Origin: Camelus dromedarius | Taxonomy: Eukaryota | DNA: 64,000 nucleotides | Assembly: GCF_036321535.1 (NCBI RefSeq) | Contig: NC_087437.1 | Coordinates: forward strand, 41,914,001-41,978,000 | Reading direction: 5' to 3' | Shown: one piece after another, positions 11,668 to 23,716 of the stretch | Numbering within the stretch: position 1 is the first letter of the stretch | How the letters are laid out: the number at the start of each line of letters is the position of its first letter | The notes under the pieces: generated by a model | Databases searched by the model: none | Seen by the model: the letters and a program-made list of their open reading frames with translations, nothing else | Told to the model about the DNA's origin: nothing | Made by a program: the position numbers and the translations under genes

Positions 11668-14600
11668 TAAGACTTTTAAGATGTATAGACAATGGCCAAA
11701 TAATATTCAGGGTTCTGGTTTAACTGATAGGGAAAGTAGCTTTCTTATGGACAGAAAAGGCATTGAGAGAGAGCTGACTTGACATGGTGTTGAATTTCAC
11801 ACAATTAGCTTTGAATGAATAGTATTTTCACTGTACTGTGAGCTTTTTAAACTCACAGTGAGTGATACCCATAGGACTTTGCATAAGTAAAAATTAGTTT
11901 AGAACAAATTATTTATTTTACTAATTCTAATTTCTGAATTAAATAGATGAATAATGAATGCATGAAAACATCTTTTAGAATATATGTTACAGGGGTACAG
12001 TATAAGATTAGGGCAAGATGTTTTACTACAGGATTTTCTTAAACCCTGGAAAAAAACAGTAAGAATTCATTAGTGAATGTTGGAGACAGAATGCGATGTG
12101 GCACAGCCGTCTGCAGAGATTTGGAGGATTTCCCTGTGACAGTCTGTACTGAATTATCAGTTGATTGAAGGTAGGGGGTAGGTGGCAACATATACCACAC
12201 CCAAGTTGAATGTCAGATTTATTAAGCCCTCAAGCAGTATGATGATTTTAGATTTTAATTTCAGTCGTAGCAATGTCTTAAATACCTTTGACAGAGGATC
12301 TTGGAACATTTTTAAAAAGTCTCAATAAGGCTGTCTTGTAAAGATCAGGGGGATGGAAGTTTGAAAATCTCACTATTTGTTATTTGAAGGTCTTTTGAAA
12401 TCTTAACCCAATTACAAAGTTAGCCAAATGTGCAAAACTGGATTTCCAGTGTCTGCATAGTGCCAGGCTCATAAGACACCCAATAAATATTTGGAAAACT
12501 GAGGGAATGAATTTGCAGCTCTGTCAACTCTGCTTTATGTGATCTCAATCATACATGTGATTTCAGCATGTATTATTCATTGATAGTAGTGCTCTGGTTG
12601 TAGTATCTGTCAGATGTGATGTCTGTAAAATGAGCTGAGTAGTTGTGCTTAATCCTAATATCGTAATTATTAAGTGTTGATTAAAATTTTACAATATTAG
12701 TCAATTTTGAATTCTCAGACATAAATATTGTCTCTGAAATGATAAACATATTAGAGGTGGAGATCAGAGGCTTTGTGTCTACAACTTGTCCAGCATCAAG
12801 TGTATCTCCTCTTTTCTGCTACTGCATTTCTTGGTTGAACAATCGAGTGGAGTGGTCCCTGGTGCTTTTTCTAACCAGTGGATGGCAAGTATGTGACATG
12901 GATCTGCACAGTCTTTAATTTCACTACCTTGGCAGCCATGTCTAATTATCACTGTGCCAGGGCAGTGAGTCTTTCTCAGCACTGCAGGGCAGACAGGCAC
13001 CGAATCAATCGGAGTGGGCATGTGAGAAAAAAACTGGGGCTGTCACCAAACAGCTACGTTAAGAAGCTGGAGAGGGATTTGTGCTTAGAACACAGAAAAA
13101 GTTCTTAAATGAATCAGAATAACCCAGGTTTCCTGATTCTCAAGTGTAGTTTTTTCTTTTTTATCACTTTGACTTCTCATGTCACAGGATAGGATTGTGA
13201 AAATAAACTGAAATGATATCCTTACTTAGGGTTCAGCTCACAAAATTAAAACTAAGTCATTCTATACCTTGTTTTATCTAGGTACTGAGGATAATTTAAT
13301 TCTTCATCCCAGTAATCTCTTCAGTGACTATGAAGAGTTTGGGAAATTTACTGAAATAAGGCAGGGGTTATAGAGCTGGGGAGAGGGAATAGAATGAAAT
13401 AAAACTTTTCTGAAGCGCTTGGGAAAATATTTTTTTAAAGTAGCAATTGTTAGAGGTACAAGTATGTCTTATCTGTTAAGTAGAGCAGGTAGGAGCTCCA
13501 CTTGGCAATGCTCTTGAAAGTTTGAGCCTCATTTAAATTTGTTGTAGATGCTTCTTTTCATATGTTTAAATGGGATGTTTCTCAATTATTTTGAATTATC
13601 AAGATTTTTATTTATTTAATATTAAAATGTGAAAAGAGGCTGCAGTTTTAAAGAGGTGCAAATTTTTCCATAATTAGCAAACACCTGAAAAAATTATTAG
13701 AAATTACAGTAATCTGATTTTTTTTTTTTTAGATTTAGGAATGGGCATTGTAGTATCAAGCACTTTGTAACTTCCTAGTGTTCTAAAGAGTATATATATA
13801 TATTTATATACATGTATGTATGTGTTTGTGTTTGTATATATTTGTTTTGGAGCATCTTAATTTTAGCTTTATGGAATTAACCTTGTCACTACAGTTGCTA
13901 GAAATATAAGAATGTATGTATTTATATATACCTATCAAATGTGATACAAAACTTACTAGCGTCTTCAGAAAGTTGGCTTTTATTTTAGCACATGTGGAAT
14001 TTGTATCTGTTTGTCTTCACGAGTGATCACTGAAGAGCAAATTTCAAGACTGTGTTCCTTCCAGGAATATCAGCTGGAGTGCTCTGGCATTTCACTGACC
14101 TTGTGTTGTGTGTACGGGTTGGGGGCAGAGATGAATGGCTTTACTTCAGAGAATAAGATTGCAGATTATTATTTACAAGATGGGCCAGTTTTCTTTGTTC
14201 GTTTCATGACCATGGCATGGACCTCTGACCTTAAGGACTTTTCTCTCAAATGCTTCTGTAAAGCCGTCGTCTCTGACAGGAAAGCCAATGCACACTACAG
14301 GTCTCTTTGAGAGGGGGTGGTAGTGTCTTCTTGGAAAAGAACAGCAAACCTCGTGTGTCAGACAGAAGCAGTACAGAAGTGACAGGTGTCCCCACGCTGA
14401 AGATCTGTTTAGATACCTCAGCAAACCCAGAAGTATGAATAAACTGAACTTAAAGGAGTGGCTTCTTAGGTATTAAGGAATTCATCAAACATGTGAGTGA
14501 GTACCACATGCCAGTGCCTTACACCAGTATCCTGAGGACCTTTTAATAGGTACACATTCTCCAGTCTTAGAAAAGAAAATTCTTCATCAAGTTATTTAAT

Positions 14601-15149
14601 TTCCCCCTACATCAGATAGGGGAGAAAGTTGCATAAGACACAGTATTTGGATGTAATAAGTGAACCGAATGGAGGAAAGGGTCCTGGCCTTGAGTGTCTC
14701 TTGAATCTTTAGAGATGCTCAAGCCATCAGATGTGGAAGAAAGTCCAGCAGTCCTTCACCCTCCTTTCACTCTTGAGACAAAGGCCCAAAGGGTTCTTAG
14801 AGGTCATTGTGAGTTGGAGTAATCTTGAGGTGTCTAATTTAAGCAGCAGATAAGACCTGGACAGAATGAGTGGATGTTCTAGGAAAGAGGAGAGTAACAA
14901 GAACAAAATTTCAGTGGTCACATGCTCCCTGGAGCGTTACCACACTGGTTAGAAGGGAGAGTTGTGTGGGTAGAATAGGAAATACAGTGATATAGGGAGG
15001 GTGACTCTAGAGGATCTGTTCGGCCTGAGAAGTGTTTTTGAGGTACAGAATATATTTAGCTTATATATACAGCATTAGGAAAGATCTAAGACTGTTAACT
15101 TGAGTGTATTTTACGGCTTTTCTGGGGTGCTTAGTGAAAATGCACCACT

Positions 15150-15798
15150 GCCCTTCCTCGGAGGAGGGCTATCCAGGCCTCTCTCCAGAGAGTCTGATTT
15201 AGTAGCTGTGAGGTGGACTGAGGGCTCTGTATTTTTAAGCAGCTTTGGGATATATTTCACAAACCATACAGTTTACTCATCTATGATGTAAAATTCAGTA
15301 TTTTTTTTTTTTAGCATAATCACAAGGTTGTACAGCCATCACCACTATCAAATTCTAGAACACTCTGTACCTTCTAAAAGAAACCTCGTGCTACCTAATA
15401 GCACTCACTTCCCACCCCACTCCCACACCTAGCCAGCCCCAGGCACCCAGGAGTCTACTTTCTGTCTCTAAAAATTCACCTATTCCGGACATTTCATGAA
15501 AAGGAAATCATATGGCCTTTTGTGACTGGCGTTTTCACTTAGAAAATGTATGAACCTTGGAAAATTGTTACGCTCTCGGGTTAGTTCTTCATTCCTTTTT
15601 ATTGCTGAATAACTTTCCCCTGTATGCGTATACCACGTATGGTTTATTCTAGAGTTGATAGATGTTCGGGTGGTTTCTCTTCTTTTGGCTTTTATGAATA
15701 ATGCTGCTAGAACATTTGTGAGGAGTGTGCATTTCTGAACAAGTGCCCCACCTGACCGTGCTGCAGAAGTTCCTGCACCACACCTGGAGAAACACTGA
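15150..15798. mobile_element. MER5A-like hAT element split by an L1 insertion (halves about 15150-15240 and 15722-15798)
   Basis: Left half ccagagagtctgatttagtag...tgtattttta. Right half tgcatttct-aacaag...ccacacctggagaaacactg. Confidence 0.45.
15241..15720 (-). mobile_element. L1MB-like 3' end
   Basis: catcaccactatc...aaaagaaacc...ctactttctgtctcta...ggacatttcat...tttattgctgaataa...tatgaataatgctgcta. Confidence 0.75.
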
Positions 15799-16409
15799 CC
15801 GGCGCAGTCACGTCAGCAGAGCTCCTGCTTCCGCAGTGCGCAGTCCCTTGTGCACATCTCTCATGAGCGGTACCCTAGTCTCTGTGTGAAGAAGGGCTGG
15901 TTTGTGTGAGACTGGGTAGTGGCCAAGTGGAAGTGACGTTCTGGAAGGTATTACGTGGTCTATGCTCAGGGATGAGTGGACGAAGGATGGCAGAGAGGGT
16001 TAGTAGGCAGGATAAGTTGGTTTGGAATCTAGAAGTCATTTGATTCAATTCCTGAACTAGGGCGCTGCTCCTGCTGGTAGTGGTAATAGACAGGGTTAGA
16101 GGTAACAGACTTTATTAAAGGAAGACTCTTTTCAATGGCTGTGATTTTAAAATAGTCAACACTTTATATTTTTAACTGACTCAGACACAGTTATGTCTAA
16201 TTCTGACCTTATCTATTCCTATCATCCTGTTATTCTAAATAGTGTTTTTATGGACTGTTTGAGAGAGGAAATCCGGGATAACTAACTGAAGGGTATAGAA
16301 TAATAAAGAAAAATGCTGGGTTATGATATTTTGAAGCCTCTGGTCAAGTAGGGATGTTTAGATACTGTGCAAACCTGTGTCAGAACTGAACTTTTTGAGA
16401 TTTCTTTTT

Positions 16410-16535
16410 ATGTATTCTATTTTTTTTTTTATTTTCAATTTTATTTTTTTCCCTTAACGGAGGCGCTGGGAATTGAATCCAGGACCTCATGAGTGCCAGG
16501 CATGTGCTCTACCACTGAGCTACACCCCCGTCCCC
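16410..16535 (-). mobile_element. tRNA-derived SINE (camelid Vic-1-like)
   Basis: ggaggcgctgggaattgaatccaggacctcat...ctctaccactgagctacacccc with an upstream T tract. Confidence 0.85.
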
Positions 16536-19500
16536 TCAAAGTTCCTTTTTAGGTTCGGGATTCTCTGATATATCTTGAAACTGAAAATAGCTTCTAGGAG
16601 TGAGTTGTCATCGCTGCTAGTCAGCTCAGCTGTGCCTGGGTGACGAGGAAACCATACCTGCGAGCTATTGCACAGATTTAGAAGATGGGGCTGCCACAAT
16701 CAGTGACTCTTATCAGGAAGTAGTAGGTGTTTGTATAATAGGATTATCATTGACTAGTGATCCATTATCCACTAGATTCTCATTTTTTCCATTAGATTAT
16801 TTGACAGATATGATGAGATTGGTTTTAAGATGCTCCCCATTCTGTATGCATTTTTTCCCCTAACAAAAAATAACCAAAAAAAAAAAAAAATCAGGACATA
16901 TTGATAAAAAATCCTTCATCCTGCCTACCTCACCATAAACAATGTGAACACTTTGGTGTATTTTCTTCTATTTTTGTTCTGTGTGAAAAATAAACATATT
17001 CCTAGTTTTGCAGAAATAAGACTACAGTGTAGACCTTCTGTTTGTTAACCTGTTATTCCTCTGTTTTATTTCCTATTTAAACTGTGTGCTGTGTACCTCT
17101 TCCTTTGTTGGCAGATCGATTTCAACAGCTTTTAAAATTGGTAGCATAGTCTTCCATTGCATGGACGAGATAGCTTCCAACTTTTCACTATTTTATGTTG
17201 TGATATACTTTATACTGAGATATTTTAGGTCACATTATATAATTTGCCAGTCTGGTTTCTGTTAATAACTTTACTGGCAGCAGTACACCTAGATGCTAAG
17301 GTTTAAGTGTTTTGGGCCAAAGTGCCATCAACCTTGATTCTTGGTGTACATATTCTGATGAGAGGAAAGGGTAAGTTTATAGTTGGGAAGGAAGTATTGT
17401 GAACAGTTAACATAAAACAGCCTATAACTCTTAAGAAATAGAAAGTAAAACTACTTTTTAGAAACATATACATATACAAATAGAAACAAAGAATTAAATT
17501 AATAGTAACTTGTGGGGACGCTTCAGTTCCTAATTCTGTTTACATACTTGCACACAATCTAAGAGTATTTTGTCACTATAACCTGGTATCTATCATATAG
17601 GAAGATGCACATTGGTCATCTCAGCTGAATGTCATGTATTCCCTGGTCCCCTGTTTATGTGCCAAGGTCAAGAACCCTGAAGATTTTGCTACTTTTTTCT
17701 GAAAATGTCACTTAGGAACTAGTTCTTGTTAACTTTTGAAAAGTCATTTGTGTTGTCATAAATATGAAATATCAAAAATAAAAGATAGGCAGATCTGTAT
17801 TGTGTAAACTCTCTCCCCTCTAACTGCAGATTTCATGTGGAAAGAAACAAATGAAACATCACAGCATACATAATGGTGGTTGTTTCTGGGTGATGTGACT
17901 ATGAATACTTGAAACTTTCTTCCTGCTTTTCTGTTTTTCCAGATTCTTAGAGTGAACATGTATTATATGTTGTAATATTTGGGGTGTGGGAATTAAAATA
18001 TGGGACAAATATTTTTAGAAGGTTTCGGATGAGAGAGGGTGGGATGGAAAGAAACCACGAATATAAGAGTGGGTAGTTACTTTTCCACTGAGAATGAGGC
18101 CTGCCAACCCTGAGGGAACTCTAACTCCACCCTGTACTTTTCATAGCTGGAGTTTTTGAAGTCCTTTGTGTTGGTTAGGGACTAGCATGGTTAGCACAGC
18201 TAAGTAAGTATGTAACAGATTTCTATTATTAGTTTATCTTTGCCGAGTCTCATTTGATTGACAGAGAGTTCTCCACCTAGAAAGTTCGATTTATTTTGGC
18301 AGCTCAAAGAGGATTTTTGAGAGTGCTTGTTATCTAAAAAAAGTAAGGCTGGGGAACCTGCCTTTCCCCTCCTCCCTTTAAAAAAAAACTGGGTTGGTCC
18401 TAGTGAGCATGCCTAATCTAGAGATTACTCAGCAAGCATGACCTGAGGGCTGGTTTTGTAAATGTTACCAAGCCTGTTACTTACCCAGCAGATGTTCTTG
18501 CATCGTAGTGTCCCATAGTCGGGGTGAGTGGTGGAAGTAGCTGTGTGGGACGTGGATCCGTATCCTTTAGAGCTTTACCTTATGTTGTACAATAGTTTGG
18601 AAGTATTTCATAACAAAAATTTAAAGTCACATGGTGCAAAGTGGATTGAATTTTATGGGTTTTTAAAAGTCAACTATTACTATTATAAAAATTAGAGATG
18701 CTCATTGTAGGATGCTTTAAAAAATATAGTAAGTACAAAAGAAAAAAATGTAACTTACTCATTTCATTTTCCGTAGGTTAACCATAGTTAACATTTTGGT
18801 TCTATTTCATTTCAGTCTTGTGAACAATTATATGTACATATATGCTCTGTGTACATTTCACTAACTATTGTGTTGTGAGCATTTCCTTGTGATACTTACG
18901 GTTTACTGTTTCTATGTTGCAGTAGTGACTTCCTGAAGCTAGTTAAGTGGTATTATTTGTAGTTGGGGTGGGTGCAGCTAGCTTTTATTTTACAGTGGCT
19001 GCCTTAAGTATTAGACATCCAATAAACCCTTGAGACATACGTGTTAACTGTGATGTTGTTTGTTGCTATGTTCAGATTGATAGATCATTAATGCTGGAAG
19101 GATCCTTGATCATGGAGTCTAGTCCTGTAATTAGAGAAATGAGAAAAATAAGCCAGAGGAGTTGCTCATTGCCCATTTTCATTAAGTTATTTAATAGTCT
19201 AAGAATATTTCTGTAGGAAGCAACTGTTACCTCTCTTTTATAGGTCGAGAAACTGGGTTAGTGAGAATTTAATCAACATTTTTGAAAGAACCTGGTTGTG
19301 TTTTTTAAAAGCTTAGGTAGAGAGGAAAAAGTCAAACTGGTAGTTTAGTAGTGTAGTATTGAATTGACAGAACTTACTTATTAATTGGATTTTTCAACCA
19401 GCAGCTGATTGATTTAATGGCATGTGTGGTCACCTTTATTTCCTCACATATTTGTGCAGAAGTCGTTGATCTGCTGATAATATCCACTTTCCTATTTGAG

Positions 19501-20991
19501 AAGTTAAAATAATAATTTTTTTTTGCTTTGCAGTTAAGCAAAATGGTCAGTGTTTAAGGAATTATAATTTTCAGTAGAGATTGAAGTGACTGTTGAAGTT
19601 TTGATTTTTTTAAATTGCATAGTCAATACTAACACCTTTCATTAGTTTTGAAAAGCAATAGCTTCTTTGGAGTATTTTCCAGTTTATTTGAGGAAAAATG
19701 CTGTGGCCTTATGATTCTTTTTGAAACAAAGCGACACCCTGAGAGATTAGCTCAAGAACTGAAATGGAGCTGTTGACCGTTTCCCTTTCACCTGGGGAGG
19801 GACTGGGGGAATGATTGTGGGCAACACCGAGCTTTGTCGACCCTGAAGTGTAGGCAGCTGGGGCCTGTGAACGTGGCATTGGCAGTAGTTCTCTGTCCTG
19901 AGCCTTGGAAAGTTCTCCCTGGAACCGTCGGAGGTGCTCTTAGCGAGGCCTGCTTCCTTTGTGAGCACCTATTGTGGACGCCCCCGCTGAATGGGAGGTT
20001 TGTGAGAAGTGGTTTCCCACCAGCACACAATGCTGCCTCTTGGCAATGTAAATACACATTCTGCTTGGGGTCAGGCTCACGGCGACTGGCCAGAACGCCC
20101 TTGCAAAGAAAGATTCTGTAGTTCCATTTATTTATAGTGGCCAGTGGAAAATTAATATTCTTGTTAAATCTATTTTTAAAAATAAAAGGGAGGCCTCTTA
20201 TCTAACAGTGTGTGTGCTGAATGCAAATCAATTAGCTGTGGCATATTTTGATTTTGCTAATTTGTTGCTCCAGGAAATGAATGTCACCATCTTGCTAACT
20301 GTTCTGTCTATAAACTTAGGTTCTCATTTTCAGAGTTACCTTATGCCTCAAAAAACTCCTTTGGGGTTCTCTGATCAAAGACATAACAGGCTTTGGCAAA
20401 AGAAAATAAAGTAGTGACCTTAGAAAATACTAGATCAAATCATCTCCAGATTTGGGATGGGTTCGTTGAGCAGTAAATGAAGGTCTAGAGGTCAGAGCAG
20501 ATAAGAGACTTTCTCGGGAATGGCAACACAAAATTACTTGTCCTTATTTCCTTGGAATCGATCATTTGCTTTGAATCCAGGCATGTGTATGATTACTTGA
20601 GAGATTGAATGGAATCGCCATCGAATGGGCCTGGATTTATTGGGGTCAGGTCCCACCCTGTCTCTTAGTGTTTGTTGACATTCCCAGCAGGGGAGTACCT
20701 GGTCCCCAACATCCATTTTCTTATCCCTCCAGCCTGCTGCTCTTCTCTCAAGATTTTACCAAATAAATTTTCCCCCATAGTGCTTTAAAGAGTGTAACAT
20801 AAACTCCTGGAAAGAAAAATTCATGCTAGAATTTGGATACCTTTTCATTTGGATTCATTTGTTCTTTATTCAGACGCTGCCAGGTGAATTGTGGATGTGC
20901 AGAGTATAAAATAAAGACAGCAGTCTTTGTCTACTAGAAAGTGAATTTAAATTTTTCTTGTATTTTTACATCTAAGCTGCTTGGTGTGGAG

Positions 20992-21110
20992 CAGTGGTTG
21001 TCAAAGTGTGGTTTGGGGGACCCTTGGGCATTCCTGAGACCTTTTTAATGGGGTTCATGAGGTCATAACTATTAATAATCCTAAAATGTTATTTGTCTTT
21101 TTAAATCTTA
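20992..21110 (+). mobile_element. hAT-Charlie terminal fragment
   Basis: Begins CAGTGGTTGTCAAAGTGTGG, a Charlie-type terminal repeat, followed by gagacc...gaggtca. Confidence 0.5.
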
Positions 21111-23188
21111 TGCTTCTGAGTTCTTCAGTAGTATTAACTGAAAAATGTTTTGTGTCTTTAATGCTTTCGCATGAGGAGAAATATGAAAATTGACTTGGAA
21201 ACACACATTTTGTATTAGAATTGAAATTTTAAACTATTTTTCTGGGAAGATTTTAAAGTCTGTTAGTGAACTCCTTAAGTATAGAATTTGAATGATTTCA
21301 GCACAAAAGAGTGTCTTGCACAGAGCAGAACCTAAAGAAGTATTTATTAAATAAATGAAGGCAACCCCCTTACATTTTTTAACAAATTATATTAGTGTAA
21401 TTAGTGATGTCATCATTATTCATAGGGAGTGTTTAAAATATAGGCAAGTACCATGCTTTGAAACATTTAGATTCATCTATTTGCATATAAGGCATTATAC
21501 ACTAACTATCATTTCATCTATTAAGAGAAATCTCCTTGGTGCTCTGTGGTACGTGACAGGTTTTTTCTTTAATGGAAAGAAAATGTTTTTTTCCGAAGAA
21601 TTCCACATTTTTGTATTTTCAAAAATATTAGTCTGGATTAAAGTGTTTGCTCATGTTAAATTTTTATTGTAATGGACTAAAATCTGAAGTAGTAAATAGA
21701 TGTTCCCTTTCATGTGTCTGCACCTGCTAATTTGTTTCTTCGTGAGTGTTGTTACTTCATGCGAATTTTCTGTTTCAGTACCTTATGCATTCTAAGGAAC
21801 ACCTGGTATTTGCTTTGTGTTCAGTCATATTAGGTGAAGTACAGAACTGCTTATGAGAATGTCATCAGTTGTAGTGATGCTTTAAGAAATAACTTGTTTT
21901 AAAAAACTTGCTTGTAAACTGATCTTCAGTGTATCATATACTGTTCTCATTGATTTCTCCACCCTCCCCCACATAGGGGTAGAGGAAAGACTCAGATTTT
22001 TTTGGAAAAAAATATTTGAACCAACATCTGAAATGACTAATGGAATGTCAGAAATCTTTGAAATACATATTAAGTATAACTGAATAAAACATCATTGATG
22101 CTTCCACTGTGCTGATGTTAACAGCTTCCGAGCTCTTCCTTGTAATAAGTGTTTTATAACATCTATTCAATTCAACAAAACTGAATTTGTTGAATAAACA
22201 CGATTGAATTCTATATGGACTGATTAAAGAAACCATTTTAGTATCCTACTGACGAATCAGAAATGAAGATTGAGGAAGGGAGTGTGCTTTGAAGACAAAT
22301 TCATCTTACGGAACACTTAAGACTAGAAAAGATGCCACAGCTGGGAAGCCAAATTTAGACATTGGTGCTTATCTCAGATGAAAGGTTTCTTAGAGCATGG
22401 AGGTCTGTTGACTGGTTTTGTCAGAAGTGTCCAACATGGACTTGGGTTATAGAATATAACATTTCAGTGTAATGCTATTTAATCTCACGCTTTTGTTTCT
22501 AGAATCCACCAATTCTGGTACAGTCCCTGGCACATGATCATGCCCAATAAACATTTGTTAAAAGAATGGATGATTATCTTTGGTCATGTCCTTTTGTTTG
22601 ATGCTATTTTAGAAGGTTCATTTCAGCTTAAGTCCTTCTTTTGGGATACTGAAAATAATAGAGTCTTGAAACCCTTTGTACCAAGACACCTTGTTCTGAG
22701 TCTCTCATCAGTAACTTGCTTAGCTGCCCTCCTCTGTGAAGTACTTTGGCTTTTGTGTTTAATCATGGCGCAGCTCAGTGCAAATCACCATGGAGGATAT
22801 AATGTTAGTAGTTTATAGTTTGGTTTCTGCTGGTTTCTTTTTCTCCCTCATTTTTAACCATCTGGACTACATGATAATACAGTAGTCTTGCTTAACCTTC
22901 CCTAAGCAGGTTTAAAAAATGTTTTAAAAATCATTAAATTTGTATGTTGATAAGGATACACCAAAAACTCACAGTTGTTGCCTCTGCGTACAGGGAACTG
23001 GGGACTGGATAGGAGAGAAATGTACTTTAGCTGTCTTTGAAAGTTATCTTTTAAATTTTGTACTATGTGCTTGTTTTATCTAATTTTTAAAATTCACTAA
23101 CCTATGAATTTTTCATCAGCCTTTCCACTTCTATGTTTTGTTGCCAGATTCTTAGATGTTATAATCAGTTCCTTCAGAGAGCATTGAC

Positions 23189-23716
23189 TTTTTTTTTTTT
23201 AAATGGAGGTGCTGCCGAAGAATAGGTTCTTGCCTCGCGCAGGAAAGAATTCAAGAGCAAGGCATAGTAAAGTGAAAGCAAGTTTATTTAGAGAGATGCA
23301 CACTCCATAGACAGAGAGCATGGGCAGTCTCTGAAGGCAAGAGAGGTGCAGAGTTGTTAGATTTTATGGGCTTGGTAACTTTATATGCTAACAAGTAGGA
23401 GATCATTCCAACTGCTTTGGGAAAGGAGCAGGGATTTCCAGGAACTGGGCCCTCACCCACCTTTTGACCTTTTATGGTCAGCCTCGGAACTGTCACGGCA
23501 CCCATGGATGTGCCATGAGGCTCAAGGTCTACTGAAAATTGAATCTTCTGCCATCTTGGTTCTAACCAGTTTGTCCTGTCCTCAATTGCTGTGTCATTCC
23601 TTCAGTGGTTGTGCCCTTTCCTCCTGTCTCAGAGGTCCTGGGGATTGAACCCAGGACCTTGTGTATGCTAAGCAGTTACTTGATTTGGCAACACATTCCT
23701 CCTCCCCTCACCCCCC
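23189..23716 (-). mobile_element. tRNA-derived SINE interrupted by the LTR (parts 23189-23209 and 23632 to about 23716)
   Basis: Removing the LTR and one TSD rejoins tttaaatggagg|tcctggggattgaacccaggacc, collinear with the copy near 16455. Confidence 0.8.
23210..23631 (-). mobile_element. Solo endogenous retrovirus LTR (422 bp, probably ERV1 class)
   Basis: TG...CA termini, 4-bp TSD GAGG (23206-23209 and 23632-23635), minus-strand TATAAA (23380-23385) and AATAAA (23283-23288). Confidence 0.85.

Noticed and set aside
22170..22195. 10-bp inverted repeat ATTCAACAAA / TTTGTTGAAT
   Set aside because: Short, AT-rich and resembling L2 tail sequence. Probably chance.
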